DNA of 64,000 bases from Acidobacteriota bacterium (GTDB lineage Bacteria > Acidobacteriota > UBA6911 > RPQK01 > JAJDTT01). Below are positions 37,016-47,443 of the stretch, piece by piece. The stretch covers positions 3,296,001-3,360,000 of the forward strand of contig OZ242374.1 of assembly GCA_965209055.1 (NCBI GenBank), read 5' to 3'. The translations under genes and the position numbers were made by a program. The notes below the pieces were generated by a model. The model was given only the letters and a program-made list of their open reading frames with translations. It was not told where the DNA came from and did no database searches. Numbering within the stretch: position 1 is the first letter of the stretch; each line of letters starts with the position of its first letter.

Positions 37016-38275
37016 ATGATCGCAGGGGGATCCGTCTGGTACAGGCAGCTTCACTGGCAAATCGCCATCGCCATGGTCCTGGGAATTCTGGCCGGCCTGG
37101 CCGGAGGCGAGTACCTGGCGGACAAGCTGGGTTGGATCGGGCAACTCTTCATCAAGCTGCTCAAGATGGTGATCGTTCCCCTGGTTCTCACCTCCATCAT
37201 TTCAGGCGTGGCCTCGGTGGGAGGCAGCGGATTGGGCCGCATGTTCGGAAAGACGCTCAGCTACTACGTCTTCACCAGCTTTTTTGCCGTTCTCACCGGA
37301 TTGGTATTGGTCAATCTCATCCAGCCGGGCGTCGGAGCCGACCTTGTGGACGCGGAGACCAAGGAGATGCCCGATGTCACGGTGATTAGTTCACCGGTGG
37401 AGCTGATCCTCGATATCGTTCCAGAGAACATCGTCGCCGCCGGCGCGGAAACCAAGATGCTCTCCATCATCCTGTTCGCGATTCTTCTGGGAATCAGCAT
37501 CGCCAGCCTTCCCCGGCGTCACCGGGAACCCCTGGTGGGTTTCATCGGAGCGGCCTTTCAGGCGATGATGCACCTCACCTCCGGCATCATCCGCTGGGTG
37601 GCCCCCATCGGCGTCTTTTCCCTGATCCTCACCCTGGTGGGAACCACCGGCCTGGGCTCCTTCAAGGCGTTGGGACTCTACGCGCTGGTCCTGCTCATCG
37701 GGCTCTCTTTCCACCTGTTTTTCACGCTCCCGCTGATCTTGCGGTTGGTGGGCGGCATCAATCCCATCATCCATTTCAAGAACATGGTCGAACCCATGGT
37801 CATGGCCTTTTCCACCAGTTCGTCGGGCGCGACGCTGCCCGTGACCATCCGGTCGGTGCAAAAGAAAGTCGGCGTCTCCAACCGCGTCACTTCGTTCGTG
37901 CTGCCCATGGGCGCCACCGTCAACATGGACGGAACGGCCCTCTACGAGTGCGCCGGGGTCTTGTTCATCGCCCAGGTGATGGGCGTCACCATGGGTTTCG
38001 AACAGCAGCTCCTGATCGTGGTGACGGCGTTGCTGGCCTCCATCGGCGCCGCGGCCGTCCCCTCAGCCGGCCTGGTGGTGATCTTCATCGTCCTGGAGGC
38101 CGTGAATCTGACGGGTCCTCAGGTGGCCTTGATCGTGGGAGCCATGCTGGCCATCGATCGCCCGCTGGACATGTACCGCACGGTGGTGAACGTCTTCAGC
38201 GACTCGTGCGGCGCCGCCATCATCGCGCGCTCCGAGGGCGAAACGGAGGTGGATACGGTGGTGGTGCAGGGTTGA
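37016..38275 (+). CDS. Dicarboxylate/amino acid:cation symporter (DAACS, GltP-like)
   Basis: AFSTSSSGATLP, LPMGATVNMDGTALY and DMYRTVVNVFSD. Confidence 0.95.
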   Translation: MIAGGSVWYRQLHWQIAIAMVLGILAGLAGGEYLADKLGWIGQLFIKLLKMVIVPLVLTSIISGVASVGGSGLGRMFGKTLSYYVFTSFFAVLTGLVLVNLIQPGVGADLVDAETKEMPDVTVISSPVELILDIVPENIVAAGAETKMLSIILFAILLGISIASLPRRHREPLVGFIGAAFQAMMHLTSGIIRWVAPIGVFSLILTLVGTTGLGSFKALGLYALVLLIGLSFHLFFTLPLILRLVGGINPIIHFKNMVEPMVMAFSTSSSGATLPVTIRSVQKKVGVSNRVTSFVLPMGATVNMDGTALYECAGVLFIAQVMGVTMGFEQQLLIVVTALLASIGAAAVPSAGLVVIFIVLEAVNLTGPQVALIVGAMLAIDRPLDMYRTVVNVFSDSCGAAIIARSEGETEVDTVVVQG

Positions 38276-38364
38276 TGAACGGGAAGTTGATCGCGGAAGT
38301 TCGCCACGATGTATAGTGTCGTTCCAGAAAGTCGTTCTTCCGTCCCCACGTCGAGACGAAGCGG

Positions 38365-41076
38365 GTGATGATCAGGTTTCTGTCCGCTGCCCGGACCAGG
38401 ATTTCTCCCCCCATCCTTGGCATTTTTCTGTTGGTGCCTCTCGGCTGGGCCGTGGCGCGCTCGCCGGAGCAGGCTTTGCCACCGCAGGGCGACCGATTTC
38501 AGGTTCAACTGTTCGAGGATCTGCCCGCCCATTGGCGCCAGGAGTGGTCGTTCCAGGGACTTGAGCCCTCATTGAGTTGGACGACGCCCGTGTTGGGGAT
38601 CAGTGGGCTCCCCGGGCGGATCTCGCCCGCGGGAATGACCATGCCGCGGAACCGGCCCTTCGCCTTGACGATCCAGGGCGATGTGAACTTGCCCGGAGGC
38701 GGCTACGAGTTTCGCCTCCGGAGCCGCATGCACGCCCGTTTCTTCGTGGACGGCCGTTTGCTCCTGGAATCCGCGCCTCCCAAGCCCAAGGAACTGACGC
38801 CGGCGGAGATAGCCGCCAAGGAGGCGGCCGAGAAGAAGGCCCGGGACGAAGCGGCTCAGCAGGAGGCCGAGGCTCAGGCGCGGCAGGATCTCCTGCGGCA
38901 ACGATTGGAAGATGCGCTGCTGGAGCAGAACGAAGAGACTCAAAAGGCGGTCGCGGCGGAACTGGAGAAGGCGAACCGGAGACAGAAGGGCGAGTTCTCC
39001 GATACCCGGCCACCCGCAGGGATCCAGGAACTGGGGAAGAAGGTCCCACTCGAATCCGGTCGATATCGCCTGAGGATCGAACTGACGGGCGGGAAGTTGG
39101 ACCGGGAGGTCTCCATCGTTTACCGAAAGGGCGAGGACGGGCTGCGGTTGCTGAGCCGGGGCGATCCCATTCCCTTCAGCGAGAGAGCGTGGGTCGAGTG
39201 GAACGAAGCCGAATCCCGGCGTCACCGAGAGGTCGAGGAGGCGGTTCGCGGGCCGCGGCTGGCGAAGTGGGAACAGTATTGGGTGCAGAAGCATCTGGGC
39301 CAGGCTCGCGCCGCCGCAGCCAGAACGCCGGTGGAGGTCGAACGGGCCGCCGGCATGCCCGAGTTCAACCTCATCGACCGCTTTCTGGGCGCCAGAATGG
39401 CCTCCCACGGGGTGGAACCCGCTCCCCTCACCAACGACTACGAGTTCGTTCGCCGGATCCATGTGGATGCCTGGGGGCTGATCCCCACCTGGGAGCAGGT
39501 CCGGGAGTTCGTCAGCGATTCGGATCCCGACAAGCGGAACCTGCTGATCGATCGCCTTATGGCCGGCGACGGATGGGCCGATCCCTGGGTCGGTTACTGG
39601 CAGGACCTGCTGGGAGAGAACCCGAAGCTCTACGGCGGAGTGCCGCACTCCACCGGTCCGTTCAAGGAGTGGATCCATCGAAGTTTCGTGGAGGATCGGG
39701 GATACGACCGGTTCGCCACGGAACTCCTGCTCATGGAGGGAACCCGCGAGCAACTGGGGACCCTGGGCTTTCATCAGTCCTTCGGCAGCGACGTGCCCAT
39801 GGCCGAGAAAGCCCATGTGATCTCCCAGGCGTTCATGGGCGCCACCATGAAATGCGCCCGTTGCCACGACTCCCCGCTGAACCGGTACCGGCAGCGGGAC
39901 CTGTTCGGGATTGCCGCCATGCTCGAAGGCGAGCCGGTGGGAATTCCCGAGACCAGCAGCGTGGGTGAAGTCCCGGGGCGCCGCAAGCCGGCGGTTCCGG
40001 TGACCAGCAAGCCGGGAGATCTGATCCCTCCATCGTTCGTATTCGACCATGACCGAAACCTTGAAGAGGTCGGGGCGGGCGTACGCGCCCACCGGAGAGC
40101 GCTGGCGGATTGGCTGGTTTCCCAGCGCCGTTTCGCCCAGGTCGGTGTCAACCGCATCTGGCAGAGGTTCATGGGGCGGGGACTGGCGCACTCCATCGAC
40201 GATTGGGACTCGCCGTCTGCAGTCTCCCATCCTGGATTGCTCGATTACCTGACAGACGAGTTCATCGGAAGCGGCTACAGCGTCCGGCATGTCCAGGAGC
40301 TGATTCTCAAGTCTCACGCCTATCAGCGGCGAAGGGACCAGACACTCGCCGAATTGCGGGACGTCGCCGGCAGACCCTTTTTCGCGGCGCCCGGGGCCCG
40401 CCGAATGCGCGCCGAGGAGATCGTCGATTCGCTTCACGTGACGGTGCGGAGGCCGTTCAAGAGCGAGCGCATCGCCTACCAGAAGCTGGACTACGGAGTT
40501 CCTCAACGCACTTGGCAGATCGTCTCACTCTCCAATGAGGAGGACGTGGCCGTTCTGGCCAAGCCGCTGCTGCAGGAGATCATCACGCTGGCGAGGGCGT
40601 TTGGGTGGCGGGACCAGCGCCCGAATCCGGTGAGCGTGCGAAACGACGACCCCCACGCCCTGCAGCCCCTGGCCATGGCAAACGGCGAGTTGATGCACCG
40701 CCTGGTCAAATTCACCGACCGTTCCTATTTCACGGAGCTCTCAAAACGAGCCGCCACCCTGGACCAATACGGGGAGCAGTTGTTCCTGAACACTCTTTCC
40801 AGGCTTCCCAGCGATGGGGAGAGGGATTGGCTCCGGAACCAGCTCGAGGCGGTCTGGGACCGGAGGCTCGTCCCCCCGGAGCTTCGGGAGACGCAAAAGG
40901 AAGAGTCCCGGGTCCGGGAGGTCACCATCACGGACGCCATCGCGGCTCACGAATACATCATGCAGGTGCGGCAGGGGGAGCCCGCCACGGCCTCCCTCAC
41001 CCCGTCCTTCCGCCACCAGGCGGAGAAGGTCCTGTGGGCCGTTCTCAACTCTCCGGAGTTCATTTTTCTGCCATGA
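38365..41076 (+). CDS. DUF1549/DUF1553 protein with N-terminal PA14-like region
   Basis: IDRF..DYEFVRRI, CARCHD, VNRIWQRFMGRGL, SHPGLLDYL and LNSPEFIF. Confidence 0.85.
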   Translation: MMIRFLSAARTRISPPILGIFLLVPLGWAVARSPEQALPPQGDRFQVQLFEDLPAHWRQEWSFQGLEPSLSWTTPVLGISGLPGRISPAGMTMPRNRPFALTIQGDVNLPGGGYEFRLRSRMHARFFVDGRLLLESAPPKPKELTPAEIAAKEAAEKKARDEAAQQEAEAQARQDLLRQRLEDALLEQNEETQKAVAAELEKANRRQKGEFSDTRPPAGIQELGKKVPLESGRYRLRIELTGGKLDREVSIVYRKGEDGLRLLSRGDPIPFSERAWVEWNEAESRRHREVEEAVRGPRLAKWEQYWVQKHLGQARAAAARTPVEVERAAGMPEFNLIDRFLGARMASHGVEPAPLTNDYEFVRRIHVDAWGLIPTWEQVREFVSDSDPDKRNLLIDRLMAGDGWADPWVGYWQDLLGENPKLYGGVPHSTGPFKEWIHRSFVEDRGYDRFATELLLMEGTREQLGTLGFHQSFGSDVPMAEKAHVISQAFMGATMKCARCHDSPLNRYRQRDLFGIAAMLEGEPVGIPETSSVGEVPGRRKPAVPVTSKPGDLIPPSFVFDHDRNLEEVGAGVRAHRRALADWLVSQRRFAQVGVNRIWQRFMGRGLAHSIDDWDSPSAVSHPGLLDYLTDEFIGSGYSVRHVQELILKSHAYQRRRDQTLAELRDVAGRPFFAAPGARRMRAEEIVDSLHVTVRRPFKSERIAYQKLDYGVPQRTWQIVSLSNEEDVAVLAKPLLQEIITLARAFGWRDQRPNPVSVRNDDPHALQPLAMANGELMHRLVKFTDRSYFTELSKRAATLDQYGEQLFLNTLSRLPSDGERDWLRNQLEAVWDRRLVPPELRETQKEESRVREVTITDAIAAHEYIMQVRQGEPATASLTPSFRHQAEKVLWAVLNSPEFIFLP

Positions 41077-41101
41077 AGAGTCCGATCGAAGGAGACGGGT
41101 C

Positions 41102-42442
41102 ATGAAACACTCCAGGTCCCCAATGCATCGGCGAGAGTTTCTCGGAACCACGGCGCGGCTCGGCGCGGGTTTGGGCGCGTCCGCGGTCGCAGGCGGAATT
41201 GCGTCGCGCCAGGCGACGGCGGCGGCAAGAACCGGGACCGACTCCGGCGAAAGGCCGAAAGCGACGGCCGACACCTGCATCTTCGTCTGGCTGGCCGGCG
41301 GCATGTGTCATCTCGACACGTTCGACCCCAAGCTCAAGGGGAACGGCGAGGAGATCGCCGGGAGCTACTACAATCCGATCAAAACCAGCGTGCCCGGGAT
41401 CCAGGTCTGCGAGCACCTGCCCCGGGTGGCGGAGCGCATGGACCGCTTCGCCATCGTCCGGTCGCTGAACCACAAGTTCAACGAACACACGCAGGCCGTC
41501 GACTTCGTGCATACCGGCCGGTTGGCGAGCGGGACCATCGTCTACCCCTCCATCGGCTCCATCGTGGCCCATCAACTGGGCGGATTCGATCCCAAGGCGC
41601 CGGCCTACGTGGTGGTGGGAAACCCCATGCAGCCCAGGGGACCGGGGTTCCTGGGCGGCAAGTCCAATTTCGTCTACCTGATCGATACGGAAGCCGGACC
41701 GGCCGGGCTCCGGCTGCCCGACGGGGTTTCGATTCAACAGTACGATGACTGGACCCGGACGCTGAAGAGCTTCTCCGAGCCCTACCTGAAGAAGCACGCC
41801 GATACGCCCATGGTCCAGGCCTACGCCTCGGTCATGGATCGGGGTTTCGAAATGATGAGCCCCAAGTTCCAGAGCGCCTTTTCTGTGAAGGAGGAGCCGT
41901 CCGAACTGCGCGAGGCCTACGGGAAGGAGTTCGGGCAGCGGCTGTTGTTGTCGAGGCGCCTGGTGGAGAACGGAATTCGATTCGTCGAGTGCTCGTTCAA
42001 CCTGCACTTCATCAACGGCTACGGGTGGGACGCGCACGCGTTCGCCCAGAAACGGGTCCACCTGCTGATCCGGCAACTCGATCGGGGGCTGTCGGTGCTG
42101 GTGGAAGACCTGGAGCGGCGCCGCCTGCTGGACCGGACCCTGGTGGTCGTGGCCACGGAATTCGGCCGCCCGCCCGAATTCGACGGACAGGGAGGCCGTG
42201 GACACCAGTGCGGCGGCTACTCCGTCGTGCTGTTCGGTGGCGGGGTCCGGGGCGGCCAAGCCATCGGGGCCACCGACGAACTGGGCAGGGAGATCGTGGA
42301 GCGCCCCGTCTCCATCCCCGATCTGCATGCCACGATCCATCGGGCGTTGGGCATCGATCCCGAAGAACCTCTCATGACGCCCGGGGGCCGGCCGGTCCCC
42401 ATCACCGATTTCGGCCGGCCGGTGGAAGAACTGTTCAGCTGA
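41102..42442 (+). CDS. DUF1501 family protein, Tat-exported
   Basis: RREFLG; WLAGGMCHLDTFDPK, WDAH and TEFGRPP. Confidence 0.9.
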   Translation: MKHSRSPMHRREFLGTTARLGAGLGASAVAGGIASRQATAAARTGTDSGERPKATADTCIFVWLAGGMCHLDTFDPKLKGNGEEIAGSYYNPIKTSVPGIQVCEHLPRVAERMDRFAIVRSLNHKFNEHTQAVDFVHTGRLASGTIVYPSIGSIVAHQLGGFDPKAPAYVVVGNPMQPRGPGFLGGKSNFVYLIDTEAGPAGLRLPDGVSIQQYDDWTRTLKSFSEPYLKKHADTPMVQAYASVMDRGFEMMSPKFQSAFSVKEEPSELREAYGKEFGQRLLLSRRLVENGIRFVECSFNLHFINGYGWDAHAFAQKRVHLLIRQLDRGLSVLVEDLERRRLLDRTLVVVATEFGRPPEFDGQGGRGHQCGGYSVVLFGGGVRGGQAIGATDELGREIVERPVSIPDLHATIHRALGIDPEEPLMTPGGRPVPITDFGRPVEELFS

Positions 42443-42456
42443 CGTCTCGGCGGCGC

Positions 42457-44166
42457 CTACCAGAAGACGACGAACAGCAGCCAGCAGGCGACCACCAGGT
42501 AGAGTCCGATCCAGAGCTCGGGCCGCAGTCTCCAGGGTAGCCGGCCGCTGGGCGGAACCGGGAAGGGGTATCGGGGCTTGGACGGAGCCTGCAGCAGGGT
42601 CTTCTGGAGCCAGGTGCCCTCCAGGACCTTGAGGCGGTTTCCCATGAGCGACTTGAGATCCCGGTCCGATTCCTTCCGGCTGTAGATGAGCCCCTCCAGT
42701 TCCTCGTCCGTGGCCGGTCCCCGGAACAGGGTGATGATTCCCGACGCGACGACCATCACCGCCGCCGGCAGCAGCAGGTTCCACAAATAGGCCCACCAGA
42801 GGTTGGTGTACCAGGAGGGGAGGGGCCACTCGTAGTATTCCCCGATGAGCGCCGAAAAGCCGTAGATCAGCCCGGCCACAAGCCCCATGGATCCGGTGGC
42901 CCGGTGAACCCGGGTGAAGACTCCCATGAGGATGATGGTCATGAGGGGAACGGCGATGGCTCCGGCCAATCTCAGGTAGAAGGCCACCATTCCCGACTCC
43001 AGGAAGGGGACGTAGACGAAGCCCAGGGCGATGATGATGGGGACCGCGATCTTGCCCACCAGCGTGTAGTGGTCGTCCGTGGCGTTGCGCACCAGGAAGC
43101 GGGCGTAGACGTCGCGGACGAAGAGGCTCGAGATCCCCATGCCGATGGAGGCGAACGTCGAGTAACCGGCCGCCACCAGACCGGCCAGAACCAGGCCGAT
43201 GAGGCCCGCCGGCAGGTACTCCCGGACCAGCATGGGATAGGCGGAATCGATGATCGCCAGATCCGGAAAATGGGCCCGCGCCAAGGGCCCGAGGCTGACG
43301 TTGAACCAGAGGCAGACGGCCGTGATCACGCTGGCCAGCACGGCGCCCATCTTGAAGTCCCATTCCGACCGGGCCCCCAGGAAGCGGATGGCCTCGTACT
43401 GGTTGATGACGGCGTAGGTGACCAGTACCACCACCAGCCCGAAGACCATGAGGATGGGTGTGGCGCCCTCGGGCGTGTAGCCCCCCACGTGGAGCAGCTC
43501 CCCGGGCAGGGATTCGTCCACCTCGGCCAGCTTTCTGGTGAGGCCGCTCATGCCGCCGGTGCTGAACCAGACCACCCCCCAGAGCACCAGCGAGGAGACG
43601 ATCATGGCCACGGCCTGCAGGGCGTTGGTGATGACGTCCGACTCCAGCCCGCCGGTGACCACGTAGACCACGGCCGTCGCCGCCACCAGGACCACGACCA
43701 CCCAGGCCCAGGTGGCGTCCAGCTCTCCGATGATGTGCAGGACCAGGTAGAGGGAGAAAAAGATGTTGCCCACCACGTTGGTGCGGGACTGGATGTTGAT
43801 GAATACGGCCAGGATCCGGGTGAGGGGGCCGAACCGGAACTCGAGCCACTCGGCGTTGGTGTAAACGCCGGAGCGGTACATGGGAATGATGACGAAGCAA
43901 CTGAGCACGAACCAGCCGGCGGTGATGCCCAGCCACCACTGGGTGAGCTGGGAGAGGCCGAAGCGGTAGGCGCCGCCGGCGATCGCCACATAATCGCCGC
44001 TGTCCACGGCGGTGGAGAAGGCGGAGAGTCCCACGGCCCACCAGGGCAGGGATTTGGCGGCCAGGTACCAGTCGAAGCTCTTCCGGATGCCTTTGAAGGT
44101 GATGAGGCCGTAGAGGACGATGCCCAGGTTGACCACCACGACCAGCAGCCAGTCTACAAGGGTCAT
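42457..44166 (-). CDS. Sodium:solute symporter family protein
   Basis: SLPWWAVGLS, EWLEFRF and LPAGLIGLVLAGLVAA; many TM segments. Confidence 0.9.
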   Translation of the reverse strand: MTLVDWLLVVVVNLGIVLYGLITFKGIRKSFDWYLAAKSLPWWAVGLSAFSTAVDSGDYVAIAGGAYRFGLSQLTQWWLGITAGWFVLSCFVIIPMYRSGVYTNAEWLEFRFGPLTRILAVFINIQSRTNVVGNIFFSLYLVLHIIGELDATWAWVVVVLVAATAVVYVVTGGLESDVITNALQAVAMIVSSLVLWGVVWFSTGGMSGLTRKLAEVDESLPGELLHVGGYTPEGATPILMVFGLVVVLVTYAVINQYEAIRFLGARSEWDFKMGAVLASVITAVCLWFNVSLGPLARAHFPDLAIIDSAYPMLVREYLPAGLIGLVLAGLVAAGYSTFASIGMGISSLFVRDVYARFLVRNATDDHYTLVGKIAVPIIIALGFVYVPFLESGMVAFYLRLAGAIAVPLMTIILMGVFTRVHRATGSMGLVAGLIYGFSALIGEYYEWPLPSWYTNLWWAYLWNLLLPAAVMVVASGIITLFRGPATDEELEGLIYSRKESDRDLKSLMGNRLKVLEGTWLQKTLLQAPSKPRYPFPVPPSGRLPWRLRPELWIGLYLVVACWLLFVVFW

Positions 44167-44229
44167 GGAGTCCTCTCGGTCATGGTCCAGAAGAATAGCA
44201 GAGATCCGGTTGTCTGCCCTGTCAACGGG

Positions 44230-44595
44230 TCACGGCCTGCGGGTGGGGAGACGCAGGATGACGACGGGGATCACGATGGCAACAATGGCCAGAAGTGCCT
44301 GCACCCACGGATGCGGGAGTTGGTAGGCGGACCAGCCGACGGTGGCCCAGAGCAGCAGAACCAGCAGGATCTTGGTCCGAAGCGGCAGGCCTCGTTTCTC
44401 TCGATAGTCGCGAATGTAATCCCCGGTCCAGCGGTGGTTCATCAGCCAACGGTAGAGGCGGGGAGAACTGCGGACGTAGCAGGCGGCGGCCAGCAGCAGA
44501 AAGGGGGTCGTGGGGAGCAGGGGCAGAAAGATGCCGGCGATTCCCAGCGCCACCGAGATGCTCCCGGCGACGACGAGAAGGGGTCTGATCAGCAT
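44230..44595 (-). CDS. YbaN (DUF454) membrane protein
   Basis: GIFLPLLPTTPFLLLAAACYVRSSPR. Confidence 0.92.
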   Translation of the reverse strand: MLIRPLLVVAGSISVALGIAGIFLPLLPTTPFLLLAAACYVRSSPRLYRWLMNHRWTGDYIRDYREKRGLPLRTKILLVLLLWATVGWSAYQLPHPWVQALLAIVAIVIPVVILRLPTRRP

Positions 44596-44742
44596 TGGTT
44601 CAGGTTACTACGGTGTGTAGAAGAGGTATCGGGGCGCCCGTGGCATTGGAGGGGATTGTCGGTCTGGAGATCGGCGCGTGAAAGATGGTGGTCCTTGACG
44701 GCGTTTTACTGCTCGCGTTGTCTCCGCTAAATTCACGTCTTT

Positions 44743-45591
44743 TTAGAAGTAGGTGATCAGGCCGATCGACAGGTTGGTGCCGCGGGCCGTCACACTGGCG
44801 GGGACGGTCACTGCAACGTCGCTGAAGGGCGTGGTCCAGCGTTCATTGCCGGACTTCGGACGGCGCACCTCCGCGCGAAACCCGATGTGATCGCCGAACA
44901 TTTTTTCCACTCCGGCGCCGGCCACCCAGCCCTTGTAATCCTGGTCGCGGGAAGTTGTTCCCGACGTGAACTCGCCGGATGCGCAGGGGACGGGACTCAG
45001 GCAGCCGTCGAAGCGAGTCGTGAACTCCGCTTCAACCAGACGGATGCCTGCGAGGCCGTAGAGGCGCAGATCCCAGAAATTCAGCGGGCCGGGGCTGCCG
45101 CCCAGCTTGAACGCCACTCCGTAGCTCCGCTTTTTCTCGAACGACCAGTCTTCCGGCCAGCTCTCTCCCAGCTGATTGCGGCCGGGGGACGATCCGATCC
45201 CCGGCAATCGGCCGTCCACCGTGCCGCGGGGCAGCTCGACGTCGAATTCGACACTCGCGAAAAAACCGGTCGCGGGAAAGGGCAGGTGATAGCCGGCTAC
45301 GAAGCCGAATCCATAGGTCAGAGATTTGGAGGAATCCTGGTCCTGGAGAATCTGGCCGGCCTGCGGCGCAGGCACCAGAGTGTTCGGGTCGGTGTTGTCC
45401 ACGGTCTTCTCGAAGGTGACGTCGAGATATTCCATGGGAACCGTGACGCCGACGTAAAAGCCCCGGTCCTGGGCAAGCGCCGGGACCATCCGGGTCAAGA
45501 GGATCAGGAGTACGGTCCCCGATACGGCGGACAACCCTCGATGGATCGATAATGGGGGGAGGCGCCGTGCCCGGGCCGCTCGGTTCATCAA
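44743..45591 (-). CDS. Outer-membrane beta-barrel protein
   Basis: Signal peptide, GFYVG, GWVAGAGVE and C-terminal Phe. Confidence 0.75.
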   Translation of the reverse strand: MMNRAARARRLPPLSIHRGLSAVSGTVLLILLTRMVPALAQDRGFYVGVTVPMEYLDVTFEKTVDNTDPNTLVPAPQAGQILQDQDSSKSLTYGFGFVAGYHLPFPATGFFASVEFDVELPRGTVDGRLPGIGSSPGRNQLGESWPEDWSFEKKRSYGVAFKLGGSPGPLNFWDLRLYGLAGIRLVEAEFTTRFDGCLSPVPCASGEFTSGTTSRDQDYKGWVAGAGVEKMFGDHIGFRAEVRRPKSGNERWTTPFSDVAVTVPASVTARGTNLSIGLITYF

Positions 45592-45725
45592 TGAAACTCC
45601 ATCAGGGACAAGTGTTTCGTGGACGGCTTCGGGCGGAGTCTACTGAATGCTCCTGACAGTTTGACTGGAGGCCGATCGGTGATGCAAGTTCCGTCCTGAC
45701 TCCTCAACGCGCGCCCCAAACACCT

Positions 45726-46526
45726 CTACGGACCGAAACGGTGAATCAGGCCGAAGCGGACGATGCCCAACCGGTTTCTCACCTTGTAAGGACACGGACG
45801 GCGGGGGTTCCCCGGTCCGCACCGGTTGTTCCCGGAGTGGTTGACGGTATGGGTGCTCCACCCGAAGTCCAGAAACGAACCCTCTACCCGAAACCTCCAG
45901 GCACCGGTCAGCGGGGCCTCGATGCCGGCGCCGATCACGGGGCCCAGACCGGTCGTGCCGGCGCGAAACGAATCGTCCGGGTCCCAAAGGGGGAGAATGT
46001 TCCGGCCCGAATCGATGTCGGTGACAAAATTGGTGATTCCGGCAGCCGCCAGGCCGGCGGTGGCGAATGCCGTCGCCACCCCCACAGGCAGGTCGAAGCC
46101 GACACGTCCCGTGGCGACCCAATCGATATTCGAACCGGCCGTCTCGTCCAGCCCTTCAGGATCGAGCCGGTTCGATCTGCCGGACAGGTCGCCGAACGTG
46201 CCGTCGAATTCGATCCGGAGCCGGACACCCCCAAGGCCGAACTTCGTTCCCAGGAGCACCCCGGCGACGAACCGGTTGTCGCCGTAGTCGAGCCGGTATC
46301 CCGGTTGACCCCAGTTTGCGAAACCTTCGATGTCGACGATCCGGTTGCCCGCGAGGCCGGAGCCGATGAAGATTCCGGTATAGGTTTCCGCCGTGCCCGA
46401 ATCCGAATCGTCGCTCGCCGCGCCGGCCGGAATGCCGGTCGCCAATACAAGCATTGCCGAAAGGGCAGGGATCGCTCCGCGCCACGAGATGCCGGACCTG
46501 TGAGCGGGCTGGCGGCTGTGTTGCAT
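45726..46526 (-). CDS. Outer-membrane beta-barrel protein (Omp25/31-like)
   Basis: Signal peptide, ATGRVG, GPVIGAGIE, WRFRVE and VRFGLIHRF. Confidence 0.75.
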   Translation of the reverse strand: MQHSRQPAHRSGISWRGAIPALSAMLVLATGIPAGAASDDSDSGTAETYTGIFIGSGLAGNRIVDIEGFANWGQPGYRLDYGDNRFVAGVLLGTKFGLGGVRLRIEFDGTFGDLSGRSNRLDPEGLDETAGSNIDWVATGRVGFDLPVGVATAFATAGLAAAGITNFVTDIDSGRNILPLWDPDDSFRAGTTGLGPVIGAGIEAPLTGAWRFRVEGSFLDFGWSTHTVNHSGNNRCGPGNPRRPCPYKVRNRLGIVRFGLIHRFGP

Positions 46527-46583
46527 AGCCTTCTTTCCAGAAACTAGAATTCGCATTAATTATGCCTCACGGGGGGGACCATC

Positions 46584-47423
46584 ATGGCCAATGAGAAGAG
46601 TGGGAGGATGGAGGCGAAGCGCGTCCTGGTCACGGGCGCGGGGACCGGGATTGGGCGGGGCATCGCCCTGGAGTTCGCCGCGGAGGGAGCCGCGGTGGTG
46701 CTCCACTACTGCCACAGCAGCGCCGGCTGCCAGTCGGCCGTGGAGGAGATCCGGAGCTCCGGGGGGCGAGCCTTCGCCGTGGGCGCCGATTTCCGGCGGA
46801 TGGAGTCGGTCCAGGGCCTGGCGGCAACCTCGGCAGAGCTTCTGGGCGGAATCGACGTCTTGGTCAACAACTCCGGCGTAACGGCGAACAGCCCGTTCGA
46901 GGAGACCAGTCCCCACCAATTCGACACTCTCTTCGACATCAACTTCAAAGCCATGTTCTTTCTGACCCAGGCGGTGCTGCCCGCAATGGTCGAACAGGAT
47001 AGGGGCGCGGTCATCAATCTGACTTCGGTCCATGCCTATGCGGGTTTGGTCGAGCACTCGGTCTACGCCGCCTCCAAGGGAGCCATCGTGGCGTTCACCC
47101 GCGAGGTCTCGTTGGAGCTGATCCAGAAGGGGGTTCGCGTCAACGCCATCGCGCCGGGCTGGGTCCGGGTCCCGAATCAGGAGAGGGTCCTGGGAGAGAA
47201 TTTCGACTGGGAAGCGGCCGGGAAGACGCTGCCCGCCGGTTTCGTCGGCACTCCCCGGGACATCGGCCGTCTGGCCGTCTTTCTGGCGTCCGAGGAATCG
47301 CGCTACATCGTGGGACAAACGCTGGTCATCGACGGAGGCCAACTGGCGATCATGCCCAATACGGGCGATTTCCGTGGCCGGCGCCGTTTCCGGTTCGGAG
47401 AGGATTACGTGGGAGTTCCCTGA
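46584..47423 (+). CDS. SDR family oxidoreductase
   Basis: TGAGTGIG, NNSG, YAASK and VRVNAIAPG. Confidence 0.95.
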   Translation: MANEKSGRMEAKRVLVTGAGTGIGRGIALEFAAEGAAVVLHYCHSSAGCQSAVEEIRSSGGRAFAVGADFRRMESVQGLAATSAELLGGIDVLVNNSGVTANSPFEETSPHQFDTLFDINFKAMFFLTQAVLPAMVEQDRGAVINLTSVHAYAGLVEHSVYAASKGAIVAFTREVSLELIQKGVRVNAIAPGWVRVPNQERVLGENFDWEAAGKTLPAGFVGTPRDIGRLAVFLASEESRYIVGQTLVIDGGQLAIMPNTGDFRGRRRFRFGEDYVGVP

Positions 47424-47443
47424 ATCGGGGGCAGTTCCGGGAG

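Noticed and set aside
41060-44730. ORFs 41060..44041 (-) and 42904..44730 (+)
   Set aside because: Off-frame or antisense to the DUF1501 and symporter genes; Arg/Gly/Pro-rich with no recognisable motifs.
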